A stretch of 64,000 bases of DNA from an uncultured Eubacteriales bacterium (GCA_934462825.1 CAKSIP010000003.1:477-64476); one strand, 5' to 3'. Positions 1 through 9,067 are shown, numbered from the stretch's first letter. Translations and numbers: made by a program. Notes: a model not told the origin generated them from the letters alone.

Positions 1-672
1 ATCACGTTGACAGCTCACGTAAGAGAACCGGATTATCGGTTTGTCGGCTGGTACCATGCCTCCGATCAGAACGAAACGCTGATCGCCACGACCGCGACCT
101 GTACCTTTACGGTCAACGAAGACATGTCCGTTTACGCGAGGTTTGAGGAAAAAGAAAAGTTTACCTTCCACGCGTATGCGATGGGAGAGGGCTTGATCCT
201 TGAAAACGGAGAGGCAGTGGACTTCGGCAACGGTCGGAGAGTGGAAAAAGGCACGAAGATCACGCTGACTGCCGTAGCAAGCGAAACGTATAACTTCGTC
301 GGATGGTACACCGCCTCCGATCAGAACGAAACGCTTATATCCCCGAACGCGACATATACCTTTACGGTCAACGAAGACATGTACGTTTACGCGAAATTCG
401 TCGAAAAGGAAATGTATACCTTTATCGTTTACGGGTCCGATTTCGGCTACTTCACGGAAAACGGACAGCCGGTTACCTTCGGCAACGGCCGAAGGGTTGA
501 AAAAGGCACAAAGATCACGTTGACGGCTCACGCGAGAGAACAAGGCTATCGGTTTGTCGGCTGGTACCATGCCTCCGATCAGAACGAAACGCTTATATCC
601 TCCAATGCGACATATACCTTTACGGTCAACGAAGACATGTACATTTACGCTTCCTTTGAGAGAACCAACTAA
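1..672 (+). CDS. C-terminal part of a surface protein built from Listeria-Bacteroides-type (Flg_new / InlB B-repeat-like) repeats; the 5' end lies outside the window
   Basis: Frame 1 is open from base 1 (ITLTAHVREPDYRFVGWYH...). It has three near-identical units of about 84 aa, each with KGTKITLTA...Y.FVGWY.ASDQNETLI...TYTFTVNEDMYVYA.F. The units are also near-identical at DNA level. Stop at 670-672. Confidence 0.7.
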   Translation: MTLTAHVREPDYRFVGWYHASDQNETLIATTATCTFTVNEDMSVYARFEEKEKFTFHAYAMGEGLILENGEAVDFGNGRRVEKGTKITLTAVASETYNFVGWYTASDQNETLISPNATYTFTVNEDMYVYAKFVEKEMYTFIVYGSDFGYFTENGQPVTFGNGRRVEKGTKITLTAHAREQGYRFVGWYHASDQNETLISSNATYTFTVNEDMYIYASFERTN

Positions 673-687
673 CTCTTTCCGTTAAAA

Positions 688-723
688 CCGAAGCGGGCCG
701 GCGAAATTCACAGCCCGCTTCGG
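688..723 (+). terminator. GC-rich stem-loop downstream of the repeat-protein stop
   Basis: Inverted repeat ccgaagcgggc / gcccgcttcgg (11 bp) around a 14-nt loop. No clean T-run follows, so terminator activity is uncertain. Confidence 0.35.
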
Positions 724-791
724 ACGGAAATTAAAGGCAAGTGCCTGACGGCGCAGTCGCCGGAAATCTAACTAAAAAAACACAAAGCAAA

Positions 792-830
792 GGGGAGTTA
801 AAAAACTCATTTTGAGTTTTTTAACTCCCC
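792..830. repeat. Palindromic A-run/T-run element, copy a
   Basis: ggggagttaaaaaactca-ttt-tgagttttttaactcccc, a perfect 18-bp inverted repeat. It is flanked by an A-rich left side and a T-rich right side. It lies between convergent genes. Confidence 0.8.
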
Positions 831-880
831 TTTGTTTGCATTTCTATCGACACCGACACTTGAAGCCGGGGAATGACAGG

Positions 881-1738
881 TCAACCGATTTCGTTTTTTG
901 AGGAAGGGATTTGCGAGATCCAACCGTTTTCGATCATCCAATTGCTCAAAAGCTCCGGCCACTGCCAAACATTGTGATAATCGGCGGCCAGCCCCACGCC
1001 ATGATGTCCATGCTGAAAAATGTGAAGCTCACAAGGGATGTTGTGCGACCGAAGGGCCAGCGCATAGTTCAGGGAATTGCGCGCGTCTACGCCCTCGTCG
1101 TCCATCGTGTGCCAAAGGAAAACGGGGGGCGTGTCCTCCCGAACGCTCAGCTCCGGGGACAGGCGAACGGCCAGCTGCGCCTCGTCCGGCAGTCCGCCGA
1201 TCAGACGGATGCGGGAATTTGCGTGCATATATTTGTCAAAGCTGATGACCGCATAGCACAGCACGGCAAAATCAGGCCGGGAGCTTTCCTTTTCAATGGG
1301 ATCCGCATCGTCCTGCTTGCCGTAGTCAAAGCAGCAAAGGGAGGAAGCGGCCAGGTGCCCGCCCGAGGAAAAGCCGAGCACACCGATTTTTTTCGGATCC
1401 AATCCGTAATCGGCCGCATGATGGCGCAGAAACCGAATGGTGCGCAAAAGATCCTCCGTGATAAAGGGGTATTTGTAGGGGAATACGCGGTAGTTGAGGA
1501 CAACGGCGCTGACGCCCTTTTCGTTCAGCATGCGCGCAATCGGTTCCCCCTCATGGTACGCGCGCCCGGAGTAGGCGCCGCCGGGGCATACGATGACGCA
1601 GGCGTTGTCCTTCGCGCCGTTTTCTAAAAAGTAAGGGGTAAAGGTGGTTTCCGGCTGTCCGTATTCGGGCAAAAATCCGGGGGTGCCGTTTTCCCACAGC
1701 TTGATGTCCGCACAGCCTGTCTTATTTTCTGTTTTCAT
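881..1738 (-). CDS. Alpha/beta-hydrolase fold esterase/lipase (Aes / acetyl-esterase-like)
   Basis: 285-aa ORF with an oxyanion-hole-type CPGGAY segment, the nucleophile elbow GFSSGG (GxSxG), and late acidic and His residues (DDEGVD, HGHHG). Confidence 0.7.
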   Translation of the reverse strand: MKTENKTGCADIKLWENGTPGFLPEYGQPETTFTPYFLENGAKDNACVIVCPGGAYSGRAYHEGEPIARMLNEKGVSAVVLNYRVFPYKYPFITEDLLRTIRFLRHHAADYGLDPKKIGVLGFSSGGHLAASSLCCFDYGKQDDADPIEKESSRPDFAVLCYAVISFDKYMHANSRIRLIGGLPDEAQLAVRLSPELSVREDTPPVFLWHTMDDEGVDARNSLNYALALRSHNIPCELHIFQHGHHGVGLAADYHNVWQWPELLSNWMIENGWISQIPSSKNEIG

Positions 1739-1931
1739 GATGATTTCTCCTTATTTTTCCGTTGCCTCAGCCTTCAAAACAGCCGTAGGCCTCCAGCGTA
1801 TATTTTCCAATTTGATAAAGCAGCTTTTCGGCTTCGATTTTCAATATAAACTAAAAAAATTATAGCATTCCGCTAAAAGAAAGTCAAGAGATGTGCAACA
1901 ATTCCGAAAGAATCTGTCGGAGAGCGCTTTT

Positions 1932-1968
1932 GAGGGGCTGTTAAAAACGTCGAGTTTTTAACAGCCCC
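1932..1968. repeat. Palindromic A-run/T-run element, copy b (3' of lysA)
   Basis: aggggctgttaaaaac-gtcgag-tttttaacagcccct, located immediately downstream of the lysA stop on the minus strand. Confidence 0.75.
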
Positions 1969-1990
1969 TTTGGCAAGCGTCGGCGATGCT

Positions 1991-3313
1991 TTACACATCC
2001 AGCCGGCAAAGGTCTTCAAACGTCTCCCGACGTACCGCGACACGATCCTGTCCCCCGTAAAGCAAGACAATCGGAGGGCGGGGAAGGCGGTTGTAGTTGG
2101 AAGCCATGGTGTAATTGTAAGCGCCGGTGACGGCCACGGCGAGAATATCTCCCCGCGAGGGGCGGGCGATACATACGTTTTCGGCAATCAGGTCGCCGCT
2201 TTCACAGCAGCGTCCCGCAATTGTGCAGGGAAAGCTGCACGGCTCCGTCATCCGATTGGCGGTCATGACGGTGTAGGCCGATTGATACAGCGCATAGCGC
2301 GGGTTGTCGGTCATGCCGCCGTCAATGGAAACATAATTTTTGTAGCCGCGAATGGTTTTGACGCTTCCCACGGTATATAGCGTCAGCCCGGCATCGGCCA
2401 CGATGCTCCGTCCCGGCTCCATCAAAATCGTAGGGCGGCGCACGCCGGTTTCGGCACAGCGGGCATCGATGTGTTCGGCAATCCGACGCAGATTGTCTTC
2501 GTAGTCTATGATCGGATCGCTTTCCACATAGCGGACGCCAAAGCCGCCGCCGAGATTGAGCATTTCCGCCTCATAGCCATAGACGCTCTTTATGTGCGCG
2601 ATAAATTGGAGCATAATATCGGCCGCATCGCAAAACGGGGCGACGTCAAAAATTTGAGATCCGATGTGGCAGTGAAATCCGCACAGCGAAAGATGCCGAC
2701 AGGTAAGAATGTGCCGACAAAGCTCCTCGGCCTGCCCGGTTTCAATGGCACTGCCGAATTTGGAATCCACGCGCCCGGTGTTGATCTTGACATGGGTGTG
2801 CGGATCAATGCCGGGTGTGACGCGCAAAAGGATTTTTTGCCGGATGCCCCGCTGTCCGGCCGCCTCGTTCAGCCGGTCGATTTCCTCCCGGTTGTCCGCA
2901 ATGAAGTACCCGATTCCGTTATCCATGGCGTAGGCAATGTCGGCATCGGTTTTGTTGTTGCCGTGGAAAAAGGCATTTTCCATCGGAAATCCGGCTCGGA
3001 TGGCGGTGTAAAGCTCGCCGGGCGAAACAATATCGGTTCGCATTCCCTCCGAGGCAATAATGCGGTACATTTCGGTAAAGCAGAGAGCCTTGCTGGCAAA
3101 CAGCGGCCCGCTGTCTCCCCCGAAGTATTTTTTCATGCCGCGGAGGTAGAGACGCGCATTTTTTCGGATCCGATCCTCGTCAAGCAAATACAGCGCCGTG
3201 CCGTATTTTTGCGCAAGCGTTACGGTGTCAACCCCGGCAAAGCAAAGATGTCCCTCCGGGTTGACGGTGAGATTGTCGTGCAGCAGATTGCTTTTTACGT
3301 CCGTTCCCGTCAT
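1991..3313 (-). CDS. lysA: Diaminopimelate decarboxylase
   Basis: 440-aa ORF with the fold-III PLP decarboxylase motifs HCHIGSQ and CESGD. Its ATG overlaps the dapL stop (ATGA), indicating translational coupling. Confidence 0.9.
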   Translation of the reverse strand: MTGTDVKSNLLHDNLTVNPEGHLCFAGVDTVTLAQKYGTALYLLDEDRIRKNARLYLRGMKKYFGGDSGPLFASKALCFTEMYRIIASEGMRTDIVSPGELYTAIRAGFPMENAFFHGNNKTDADIAYAMDNGIGYFIADNREEIDRLNEAAGQRGIRQKILLRVTPGIDPHTHVKINTGRVDSKFGSAIETGQAEELCRHILTCRHLSLCGFHCHIGSQIFDVAPFCDAADIMLQFIAHIKSVYGYEAEMLNLGGGFGVRYVESDPIIDYEDNLRRIAEHIDARCAETGVRRPTILMEPGRSIVADAGLTLYTVGSVKTIRGYKNYVSIDGGMTDNPRYALYQSAYTVMTANRMTEPCSFPCTIAGRCCESGDLIAENVCIARPSRGDILAVAVTGAYNYTMASNYNRLPRPPIVLLYGGQDRVAVRRETFEDLCRLDV

Positions 3314-4497
3314 GAAAGAATTTCCTCCAATCGATCGATGGCTTCTGCCGTGGCGTCGTGGCTTCCGAAGGAAGTCAGGCGGAAAAAGCCCTCGCCGGCA
3401 TGGCCGAATCCGGCGCCCGGCGTTCCGACTACATGGGCGCGCGTCAGCAGAAAATCAAAGAAGCGCCAGGAGTCCATGTTGTCGGGGCATTGCAGCCAAA
3501 TGTAAGGGGAATTGATACCGCCGGTAAAACGGATGCTCTTGCGATTCATCAAATCGGCGATCCGGCGCGCGTTCTCTTTGTAATAATCAATGGCAAGGCG
3601 GCACTGTTTCTTTCCCTCGTCGGAGAGCGCGGCCTCGGCGGCCCGCTGAATCACATAGGGGACGCCGTTGAACTTGGTGGACTGTCGGCGCTCCCACAAA
3701 GCATTGAGAGACACGCCGCCTTCCCCGGTCAGTTCGGTGGGAACAATCGTCCAGGCACAGCGCGTGCCTGTAAAGCCGGCGGTTTTGGAGAGGGAGCAGA
3801 TTTCAATCGCGCAGGAGCGTGCGCCTTCAATCGCAAAAATGGAGTGCGGATAGTCGCCTTCGATAAAGGCCTCGTAGGCCGAGTCAAACAGGATCAGCGA
3901 GCCGGTGCGATTGGCAAAGTCCACCCATGCCGAAAGCCCCTCGCGGTCATAGACCGCACCGGTCGGATTGTTGGGAGAGCAGATATAAATGACGTACCCT
4001 TCGCCCGAAAGTCCGTCCGGGGTGGGGAGAAAGCCGTTTTCCATGTTGCCTTCCAGCAGCGTTATACGACGCCCGGCCATGATGTTGGAATCCATGTACA
4101 CCGGGTAGACCGGATCGGGAATCAGAATCGGGTTATCTCCGAGAATATCCACAATGTTTCCGACGTCGCTTTTGGCGCCGTCCGAAACGAACACCTCCGA
4201 GGGGGAGAGAGTCACGCCGAAATCGGCGTAATGGCGGACAATGGCTTCCCGCAGAAAGTCGTAGCCCGCTTCGGGGGCATAGCCGCGGAAGGTTTCCTTG
4301 CGCCCCATTTCATCGGCGGCCTTTTTCATGGCCTCCACCACGCACCCGGCTAGAGGCAAAGTCACATCCCCGATGCCGAGGCGAATGATTTTCGCATCGG
4401 GATGCTCACTGCTGTAGGCGCGGACTTTTTTGGCTATATCCGAAAACAAATAGTTTTGTTTCAGCTGGTTGAAATTTTCATTGGTCTTGAACTTCAT
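3310..4497 (-). CDS. dapL: LL-diaminopimelate aminotransferase
   Basis: The N-terminus MKFKTNENFNQLKQNYLFSDIAKKV is typical of DapL, and a PLP-lysine segment SLSKTAGFTGTRCAW is present. Start chosen at M7 of the tracked ORF, with GGGAG about 9 nt upstream. The ORF is open to 4515. Confidence 0.85.
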   Translation of the reverse strand: MKFKTNENFNQLKQNYLFSDIAKKVRAYSSEHPDAKIIRLGIGDVTLPLAGCVVEAMKKAADEMGRKETFRGYAPEAGYDFLREAIVRHYADFGVTLSPSEVFVSDGAKSDVGNIVDILGDNPILIPDPVYPVYMDSNIMAGRRITLLEGNMENGFLPTPDGLSGEGYVIYICSPNNPTGAVYDREGLSAWVDFANRTGSLILFDSAYEAFIEGDYPHSIFAIEGARSCAIEICSLSKTAGFTGTRCAWTIVPTELTGEGGVSLNALWERRQSTKFNGVPYVIQRAAEAALSDEGKKQCRLAIDYYKENARRIADLMNRKSIRFTGGINSPYIWLQCPDNMDSWRFFDFLLTRAHVVGTPGAGFGHAGEGFFRLTSFGSHDATAEAIDRLEEILS

Positions 4498-5335
4498 AAT
4501 CATATTCTCCCTCATAAACTTTGGTACAGGGGCCGGTCATTTGCACCGACAGGTCGGTACCGACGCGGATTTTCAGCGCGCCGCCGATCAAATGGACAGT
4601 AATATCGGTGTCGGGCCGGCAGTAGCCGTTGACTACGGCCGCCACGGCCGCGGCGCAGGCGCCGGTGCCGCAGGCGTAGGTTTCGCCGCTTCCGCGCTCC
4701 CAGACGCGCATCGAAAGGGTACCGTCGGGGAGAAGCCGAACGAACTCTGTGTTGACACGTTCGGGGAAAAGCGGATGGTTTTCAAAATGCGGCCCGATCG
4801 TTTCCAACGCAAGCGTGTCGATCGCATCCAAAAAAAGGACGGCATGGGGATTTCCCATGGAAACGGCGGTGAAGGTGTAGTCCCGGTCGAGCACCCGAAT
4901 CGGCTCCCGGATGGCTTGCGGCTTGTCAAGCAGAACGGGAATGGACGGGCAGGTCAGAACCGCCTGCCCCATGTCCACGCACACCTCTTTTACCTTTCCG
5001 TTTTCAACCAACAGAGAAAGCGTTTTGATGCCGCTGAGCGTTTCAATCGTCAGTGTCGTTTTGTCGGTCAGCCCTCGGTCGTACAGATATTTTCCCACGC
5101 ATCGGATGGCGTTGCCGCACATTTTGCCCTCGCTTCCGTCCGCGTTGAACATGCGCATTTTCGCATCGGCCACGGCGGAACGCCCAATCATAACGATTCC
5201 GTCCGCCCCCACGGAAAAATGACGGGGGGACATGGCGATGGCAACGCCGGACGGATCGGCCAGCTCTTGCTCTAAGCAGTTAAAGTAAATGTAGTCGTTT
5301 CCGATGCCGTGCATTTTGGTGAAAGAGAGCTTCAT
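4478..5335 (-). CDS. dapF: Diaminopimelate epimerase
   Basis: MKLSFTKMHGIGNDYIYF, with the two catalytic Cys segments MCGNAIRC and YACGTGA. AAGGAGG lies 8 nt upstream of the ATG. Confidence 0.9.
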   Translation of the reverse strand: MKLSFTKMHGIGNDYIYFNCLEQELADPSGVAIAMSPRHFSVGADGIVMIGRSAVADAKMRMFNADGSEGKMCGNAIRCVGKYLYDRGLTDKTTLTIETLSGIKTLSLLVENGKVKEVCVDMGQAVLTCPSIPVLLDKPQAIREPIRVLDRDYTFTAVSMGNPHAVLFLDAIDTLALETIGPHFENHPLFPERVNTEFVRLLPDGTLSMRVWERGSGETYACGTGACAAAVAAVVNGYCRPDTDITVHLIGGALKIRVGTDLSVQMTGPCTKVYEGEYDYEVQDQ

Positions 5336-5338
5336 CGG

Positions 5339-6088
5339 TTATGCCTCCTTTGCGTCCTCGCCGGCCAGCTCCGCCATCGTATACAAGCCGGGCTTTTGCC
5401 GGATCAAAAAGGCGGCGGCGCTCAAAGCGCCCTCGGCGAAAAGCGAGCGGGACAGTGCTTGGTGCGTCAGGGTGAGGATTTGCGAGTCGGTGGCGATGAG
5501 AACCTCATGCTCTCCGACAATATTGCCGGCGCGAACGGCATGAATGCCGATTTCCCCCGGCTGACGCTTTTGCTGACCGCAACGGCCATAGACAAACGAC
5601 GTTTGCTCGCGCACCTCGGCCAGGCCCTTGGCGATCATCAGCGCGGTGCCGCTGGGCGCATCCAGCTTGCGGTTGTGATGCTTTTCGATAATTTCAATAT
5701 CCGCGTCGGGGAAAACGCGGGCGGCTCGCTTGGCCAAATCGACCAACAGCGCCACACCGAGGGACATATTGGCCGAGAAAAAGACGGGAATGGTTTCGGC
5801 GGCCTTTCGGATCAGGTCGATTTGCGGTTCGGTGTGCCCGGTCGTGGCAACCACCAAGGGGATCCCTTGTGCCACGGCATAGGCCGTCAGCGCGTCGGTG
5901 GCGTCGTGATGAGAAAAGTCAATAATCACATCCGCGCCAGACGGGCAATCGGCCAGCGACGTCCGAATCTCCGGCCCGCCGGCTCGGTCTGCCATGGCAA
6001 ACAGGGAAGCGCCGCTTTTGCCTTCCGCGGCCAGCCGGCAGACCTCGCCCCCCATTTTTCCGGCGGCTCCATTTACGATCACTTTCAT
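5339..6088 (-). CDS. dapB: 4-hydroxy-tetrahydrodipicolinate reductase
   Basis: N-terminal dinucleotide fold VNGAAGKMG and the signature EKHHNRKLDAPSGTA. Confidence 0.9.
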   Translation of the reverse strand: MKVIVNGAAGKMGGEVCRLAAEGKSGASLFAMADRAGGPEIRTSLADCPSGADVIIDFSHHDATDALTAYAVAQGIPLVVATTGHTEPQIDLIRKAAETIPVFFSANMSLGVALLVDLAKRAARVFPDADIEIIEKHHNRKLDAPSGTALMIAKGLAEVREQTSFVYGRCGQQKRQPGEIGIHAVRAGNIVGEHEVLIATDSQILTLTHQALSRSLFAEGALSAAAFLIRQKPGLYTMAELAGEDAKEA

Positions 6089-6121
6089 GCTTTTGCAGTT
6101 CCTTTCTGTTGGATTTTTGAA

Positions 6122-7027
6122 TCAGATCAGCTTTTCTGCTCGCATCAGTGCGAGAAGCTGAGCGCGGTGTGCCTCCTCCATAGGAGTCAGAGGCAAGCGG
6201 AGATAGTCCCGGCAAAAGCCCATGGCGGACATGGCGGCCTTTACGGGAATCGGATTCACTTCCGAAAACAGCGCCGAGATCAGCGCATGGTAGTGGCATT
6301 GCATGTCGGCGCTTTTCTCGATGTCTCCGTCAAAGAAGCAGTTGCACATTTCTACGGTTTCGGCGGGAAGCAGGTTGGACAGAACCGAGATCACGCCTTT
6401 GCCGCCCAGCGAAAGCAGGGGAACAATCTGATCATCGTTGCCGGAATAGAGATCTAACCGTCCGCGCACACGCGCCATCGTTTCTACGATTTTGGAAAGG
6501 TTTCCGTTGGCTTCCTTGATGGCAACGATGTTTTCGTGATCGGCCAGCGCCTCGTAGGTGGCCGGCTCGATGTTGATGCCGGTGCGCGAGGGGACGTTGT
6601 AAAGAATAATAGGCTTCGGGCTGTAGTCAGCCAGATCCGTGAACATACGGATCAGTCCGTTTTGCGTGGCTTTGTTGTAATAGGGAGTTACCACCAGCAT
6701 CGCGTCGGCGCCCGACGCGGCGGCGCAACGGATCAGATCCTTCGCATAGGCGGTGTCGTTGCTGCCGGCGCCCGCAATGACCGGAACGCGTCCGGCGGCG
6801 CGCTTTACGGCGTATTCAATGACATTCCGATGCTCGTCGTCGGTCATGGTGGACGATTCTCCGGTCGTGCCGCAGATGACAAGGGCATTGATCCCTTTTT
6901 CAATTTGCCAATCAATCAACCGCCCCAGCTGTTCATAGTTGACGCCGTTTTCATCCATCGGAGTAATCAATGCCGTGGCTACCCCGCGGAAAATTGTTTT
7001 TTTCGTGTTCTTTTCTGTGTTTGCCAT
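6122..7027 (-). CDS. dapA: 4-hydroxy-tetrahydrodipicolinate synthase
   Basis: GTTGES motif and the Schiff-base lysine segment VAIKEA. Start set to the internal ATG (MANTEKN...) preceded by GGAGGT. The 32 codons upstream in the tracked ORF overlap the riboswitch expression platform. Confidence 0.88.
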   Translation of the reverse strand: MANTEKNTKKTIFRGVATALITPMDENGVNYEQLGRLIDWQIEKGINALVICGTTGESSTMTDDEHRNVIEYAVKRAAGRVPVIAGAGSNDTAYAKDLIRCAAASGADAMLVVTPYYNKATQNGLIRMFTDLADYSPKPIILYNVPSRTGINIEPATYEALADHENIVAIKEANGNLSKIVETMARVRGRLDLYSGNDDQIVPLLSLGGKGVISVLSNLLPAETVEMCNCFFDGDIEKSADMQCHYHALISALFSEVNPIPVKAAMSAMGFCRDYLRLPLTPMEEAHRAQLLALMRAEKLI

Positions 7028-7169
7028 TTCGTTACCTCCGTGGTTTTCTGTATTTTTCACATTTGTTTTATGGGGCATGGCGGTGCATAAAACAAAAAAG
7101 CAGCTGACGGAACAATCAGCCACTCAATCTATAAAACAATCGCAAGGGGGAAAAGCCCCTCGGCTTTCG

Positions 7170-7348
7170 CTTACAAATATAAGATAGCGCTCCGTCAAGA
7201 AAATGACGACAGTTCGGCGGATCTTATTCCGGGGAACCAGCGGGCTTGTTGCCTGTCAAGCCTACTTCGGCGTCCGCACCTTTCGCGGAACGGCCGGGCG
7301 GCCTTTGAAAAGTTCCGTTACTGATTGCAAAACGCACCTCTATCAATT
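7170..7348 (-). promoter_or_regulatory. Lysine riboswitch (L-box) leader of the dapA-dapB-dapF-dapL-lysA operon
   Basis: The minus-strand transcript reads ...GATAGAGGTGCG...CAGTAAC...GAAAGGTGCGGACGCCGAAG...CTGGTTCCCC...GAACTGTCGTCA...GAGCGCTATC. This matches the conserved L-box blocks as remembered from B. subtilis lysC (AGAGGTGCG, AGTA, GAAAGG..GTCGCCGAAG, CTGG, CTGTCA). A stem plus T-run (gctga..tcagc tgcttttttg) follows at about 7090-7125 before the dapA RBS. Confidence 0.8.
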
Positions 7349-7354
7349 TTTTGT

Positions 7355-7383
7355 ATTGTATCACAGATATTTCCGTTTGTCAA
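7355..7383 (-). promoter_or_regulatory. Sigma-A-type promoter for the L-box/dap operon
   Basis: On the minus strand: TTGACA, a 17-nt spacer, then TGaTACAAT (extended -10). It lies a few nt upstream of the riboswitch 5' block. Confidence 0.6.
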
Positions 7384-7496
7384 CTGCTTTTTTTCATTAT
7401 TTACCGAAAGTTGCGGAAAGTATGTCTAAGGAGAGGGATTTTCTTCCCGCGGCCTTGGCGAAAGGCGGGGCGAGAGGGGATTTTCTTGCGAAAAAC

Positions 7497-7525
7497 TTGC
7501 AAAAGCCGGAATATTATGATAAAAT
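7497..7525 (+). promoter_or_regulatory. Sigma-A-type promoter upstream of dut
   Basis: TTGCAA, a 17-nt spacer, then TGaTAAAAT. It is followed by a leader of about 140 nt that ends in a purine-rich tract before the dut ATG. Confidence 0.5.
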
Positions 7526-7668
7526 AAAGATTATATATGATACAAGCGTCAGGGGCGTTGCGACACCCATGCGATGCCGCGGCCAAACGCGCAGCGCGGT
7601 AAGCAGACTGCGCGAATCCCAGAACACAGGAAACAGGAAAAAGAAAAGCAAAGGAAGAAAAGAAAAGC

Positions 7669-8124
7669 ATGAACATGAAAAAGAATGTAAAAATTCGGAT
7701 GACACGAGGCATGCCTTTGCCGATGTATGCCACCCCCGGCTCGGCGGCGTTGGATTTGCGCGCCGCGCTGGACGAGGGGGGCGTTTTGACCTTGCAGCCG
7801 GGCGAGAGAGCCGTAGTGCCGACGGGGGTACAAATTGCCCCGGAGGAAAGCGATACGGTAGCGATTGTGGCGGCGCGAAGCGGTCTTGCCATCCGGCACG
7901 GCATCACACTTTCCAACGGGATCGGAGTGATTGATTCGGATTACCGGGGAGAAATTTGTGTTGGACTTGTCAATCACGGACAAGAGAGCTTTACGATTGA
8001 ACGGGGCGACCGCATCGCGCAATTGATGTTTCTGCCGGTGTATGCAGCGGCGCTGCTGCCGACAGAGGATTTGGACGCAACGGATCGCGGCGCCGGGGGC
8101 TTTGGCTCCACGGGCGTGAAGTAA
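7669..8124 (+). CDS. dut: dUTP diphosphatase
   Basis: 151 aa with PGSAALDLRA, GVIDSDYRGEI and a C-terminal GGFGSTG motif. Confidence 0.9.
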   Translation: MNMKKNVKIRMTRGMPLPMYATPGSAALDLRAALDEGGVLTLQPGERAVVPTGVQIAPEESDTVAIVAARSGLAIRHGITLSNGIGVIDSDYRGEICVGLVNHGQESFTIERGDRIAQLMFLPVYAAALLPTEDLDATDRGAGGFGSTGVK

Positions 8125-8175
8125 GCTCTCAAAACCGCCGGTCGCGGGTTCAACCAATCAAGGGAGGAAGAATCC

Positions 8176-9009
8176 GTGATGATTGGCGAATATGGGAAGG
8201 GAATCCTTCTCGGAATCATCCAGGGCGTGACCGAATGGCTGCCCATCAGTTCCACAGCGCATATGCTGATTTTTAACCGCCTTTGCCCGCTTGCGGTTCC
8301 GCCGGGCTTTTTCGCCTTGTTCACTTCGGTGATTCAGCTGGCCTCGGCTTTGGCGGTGCTTTGCCTGTATGCAGGACGACTGTTTCCGCCGCGGAGCCAA
8401 CGCCGTGAGGGAAGGCGCCTTTGGGGGCGGCTGCTGATTTCCTGCCTGCCGCTGGTCTTGATCGGATTGCCGGCGGATCGCCTGTTGGAGCGTTTGTTTT
8501 ATTCCTCCTCGGGCGTGACACGCGCCGGATTTGTCGTCATTTGCATCACACTGATTTTTTATGGCCTGCTTTTCGTTGTATGGGAGGCGTTTTGGCATCG
8601 CCCGGCCCGGTATTCCGACGGAAAGGAGCTTTCGCTGACGGGAGCCTTTGGGGTGGGTTGCGCACAAATTCTGGCGGTTTTGCCCGGCACCTCCCGTTCG
8701 GGCGCCACGGTGCTCGGCGGCCGTTTGGCGGGGCTGGGACGACCGGAGGCGGCCGAATATTCCTTTTTGCTGGCGCTTCCCGTGATGCTCGGAGCCGGCG
8801 GCCTGCAAACGGTCAAGGCGGTGCTTGCGCCGGCCTTTGCGTTTACGTGGGAGCTTGGCGGGATTTTGGCGGTCGGATGCCTTACGGCCTTCGGCATGTC
8901 CCTGCTTACGGTGCGCGGCCTTGTCCGATTTGTCCGCAGTCACAGCTTTCTTCCGTTTGGCCTTTATCGGATTGCCCTCGGCCTTCTGCTGGCCCTGTTT
9001 TTTACGTAA
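8176..9009 (+). CDS. uppP: Undecaprenyl-diphosphate phosphatase
   Basis: GIIQGVTEWLPISSTAHM and PGTSRSGATV motifs in a polytopic membrane protein of 277 aa. Confidence 0.88.
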   Translation: MMIGEYGKGILLGIIQGVTEWLPISSTAHMLIFNRLCPLAVPPGFFALFTSVIQLASALAVLCLYAGRLFPPRSQRREGRRLWGRLLISCLPLVLIGLPADRLLERLFYSSSGVTRAGFVVICITLIFYGLLFVVWEAFWHRPARYSDGKELSLTGAFGVGCAQILAVLPGTSRSGATVLGGRLAGLGRPEAAEYSFLLALPVMLGAGGLQTVKAVLAPAFAFTWELGGILAVGCLTAFGMSLLTVRGLVRFVRSHSFLPFGLYRIALGLLLALFFT

Positions 9010-9039
9010 AATTCAAATCAAAGATCGGGATAAAATCGG

Positions 9040-9067
9040 GATGAAAGATGAAAGATGAAAGATGAAA
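9040..9067 (+). repeat. Heptanucleotide tandem repeat (GATGAAA)x4 overlapping the Toprim gene start
   Basis: Four perfect copies run directly into ATGAAAATGG. Each copy carries an ATG. Only the ATGs at 9062 and 9068 open the long frame. Confidence 0.85.

Noticed and set aside
6122-7123. N-terminally extended versions of tracked ORFs: dapA 333 aa, murI 402 aa (11048-12256), rimP 228 aa (23188-), EEP 301 aa (33466-), P1 721 aa (35761-), yybS 406 aa
   Set aside because: In each case an internal start with a good Shine-Dalgarno sequence coincides with the beginning of family-typical sequence. The upstream codons overlap regulatory or repeat DNA.
7203-7934. 243-aa plus-strand ORF spanning the dapA leader and the dut promoter region
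   Set aside because: It overlaps the lysine riboswitch and two promoter-like sites and runs out of frame into dut. Its composition is arbitrary.
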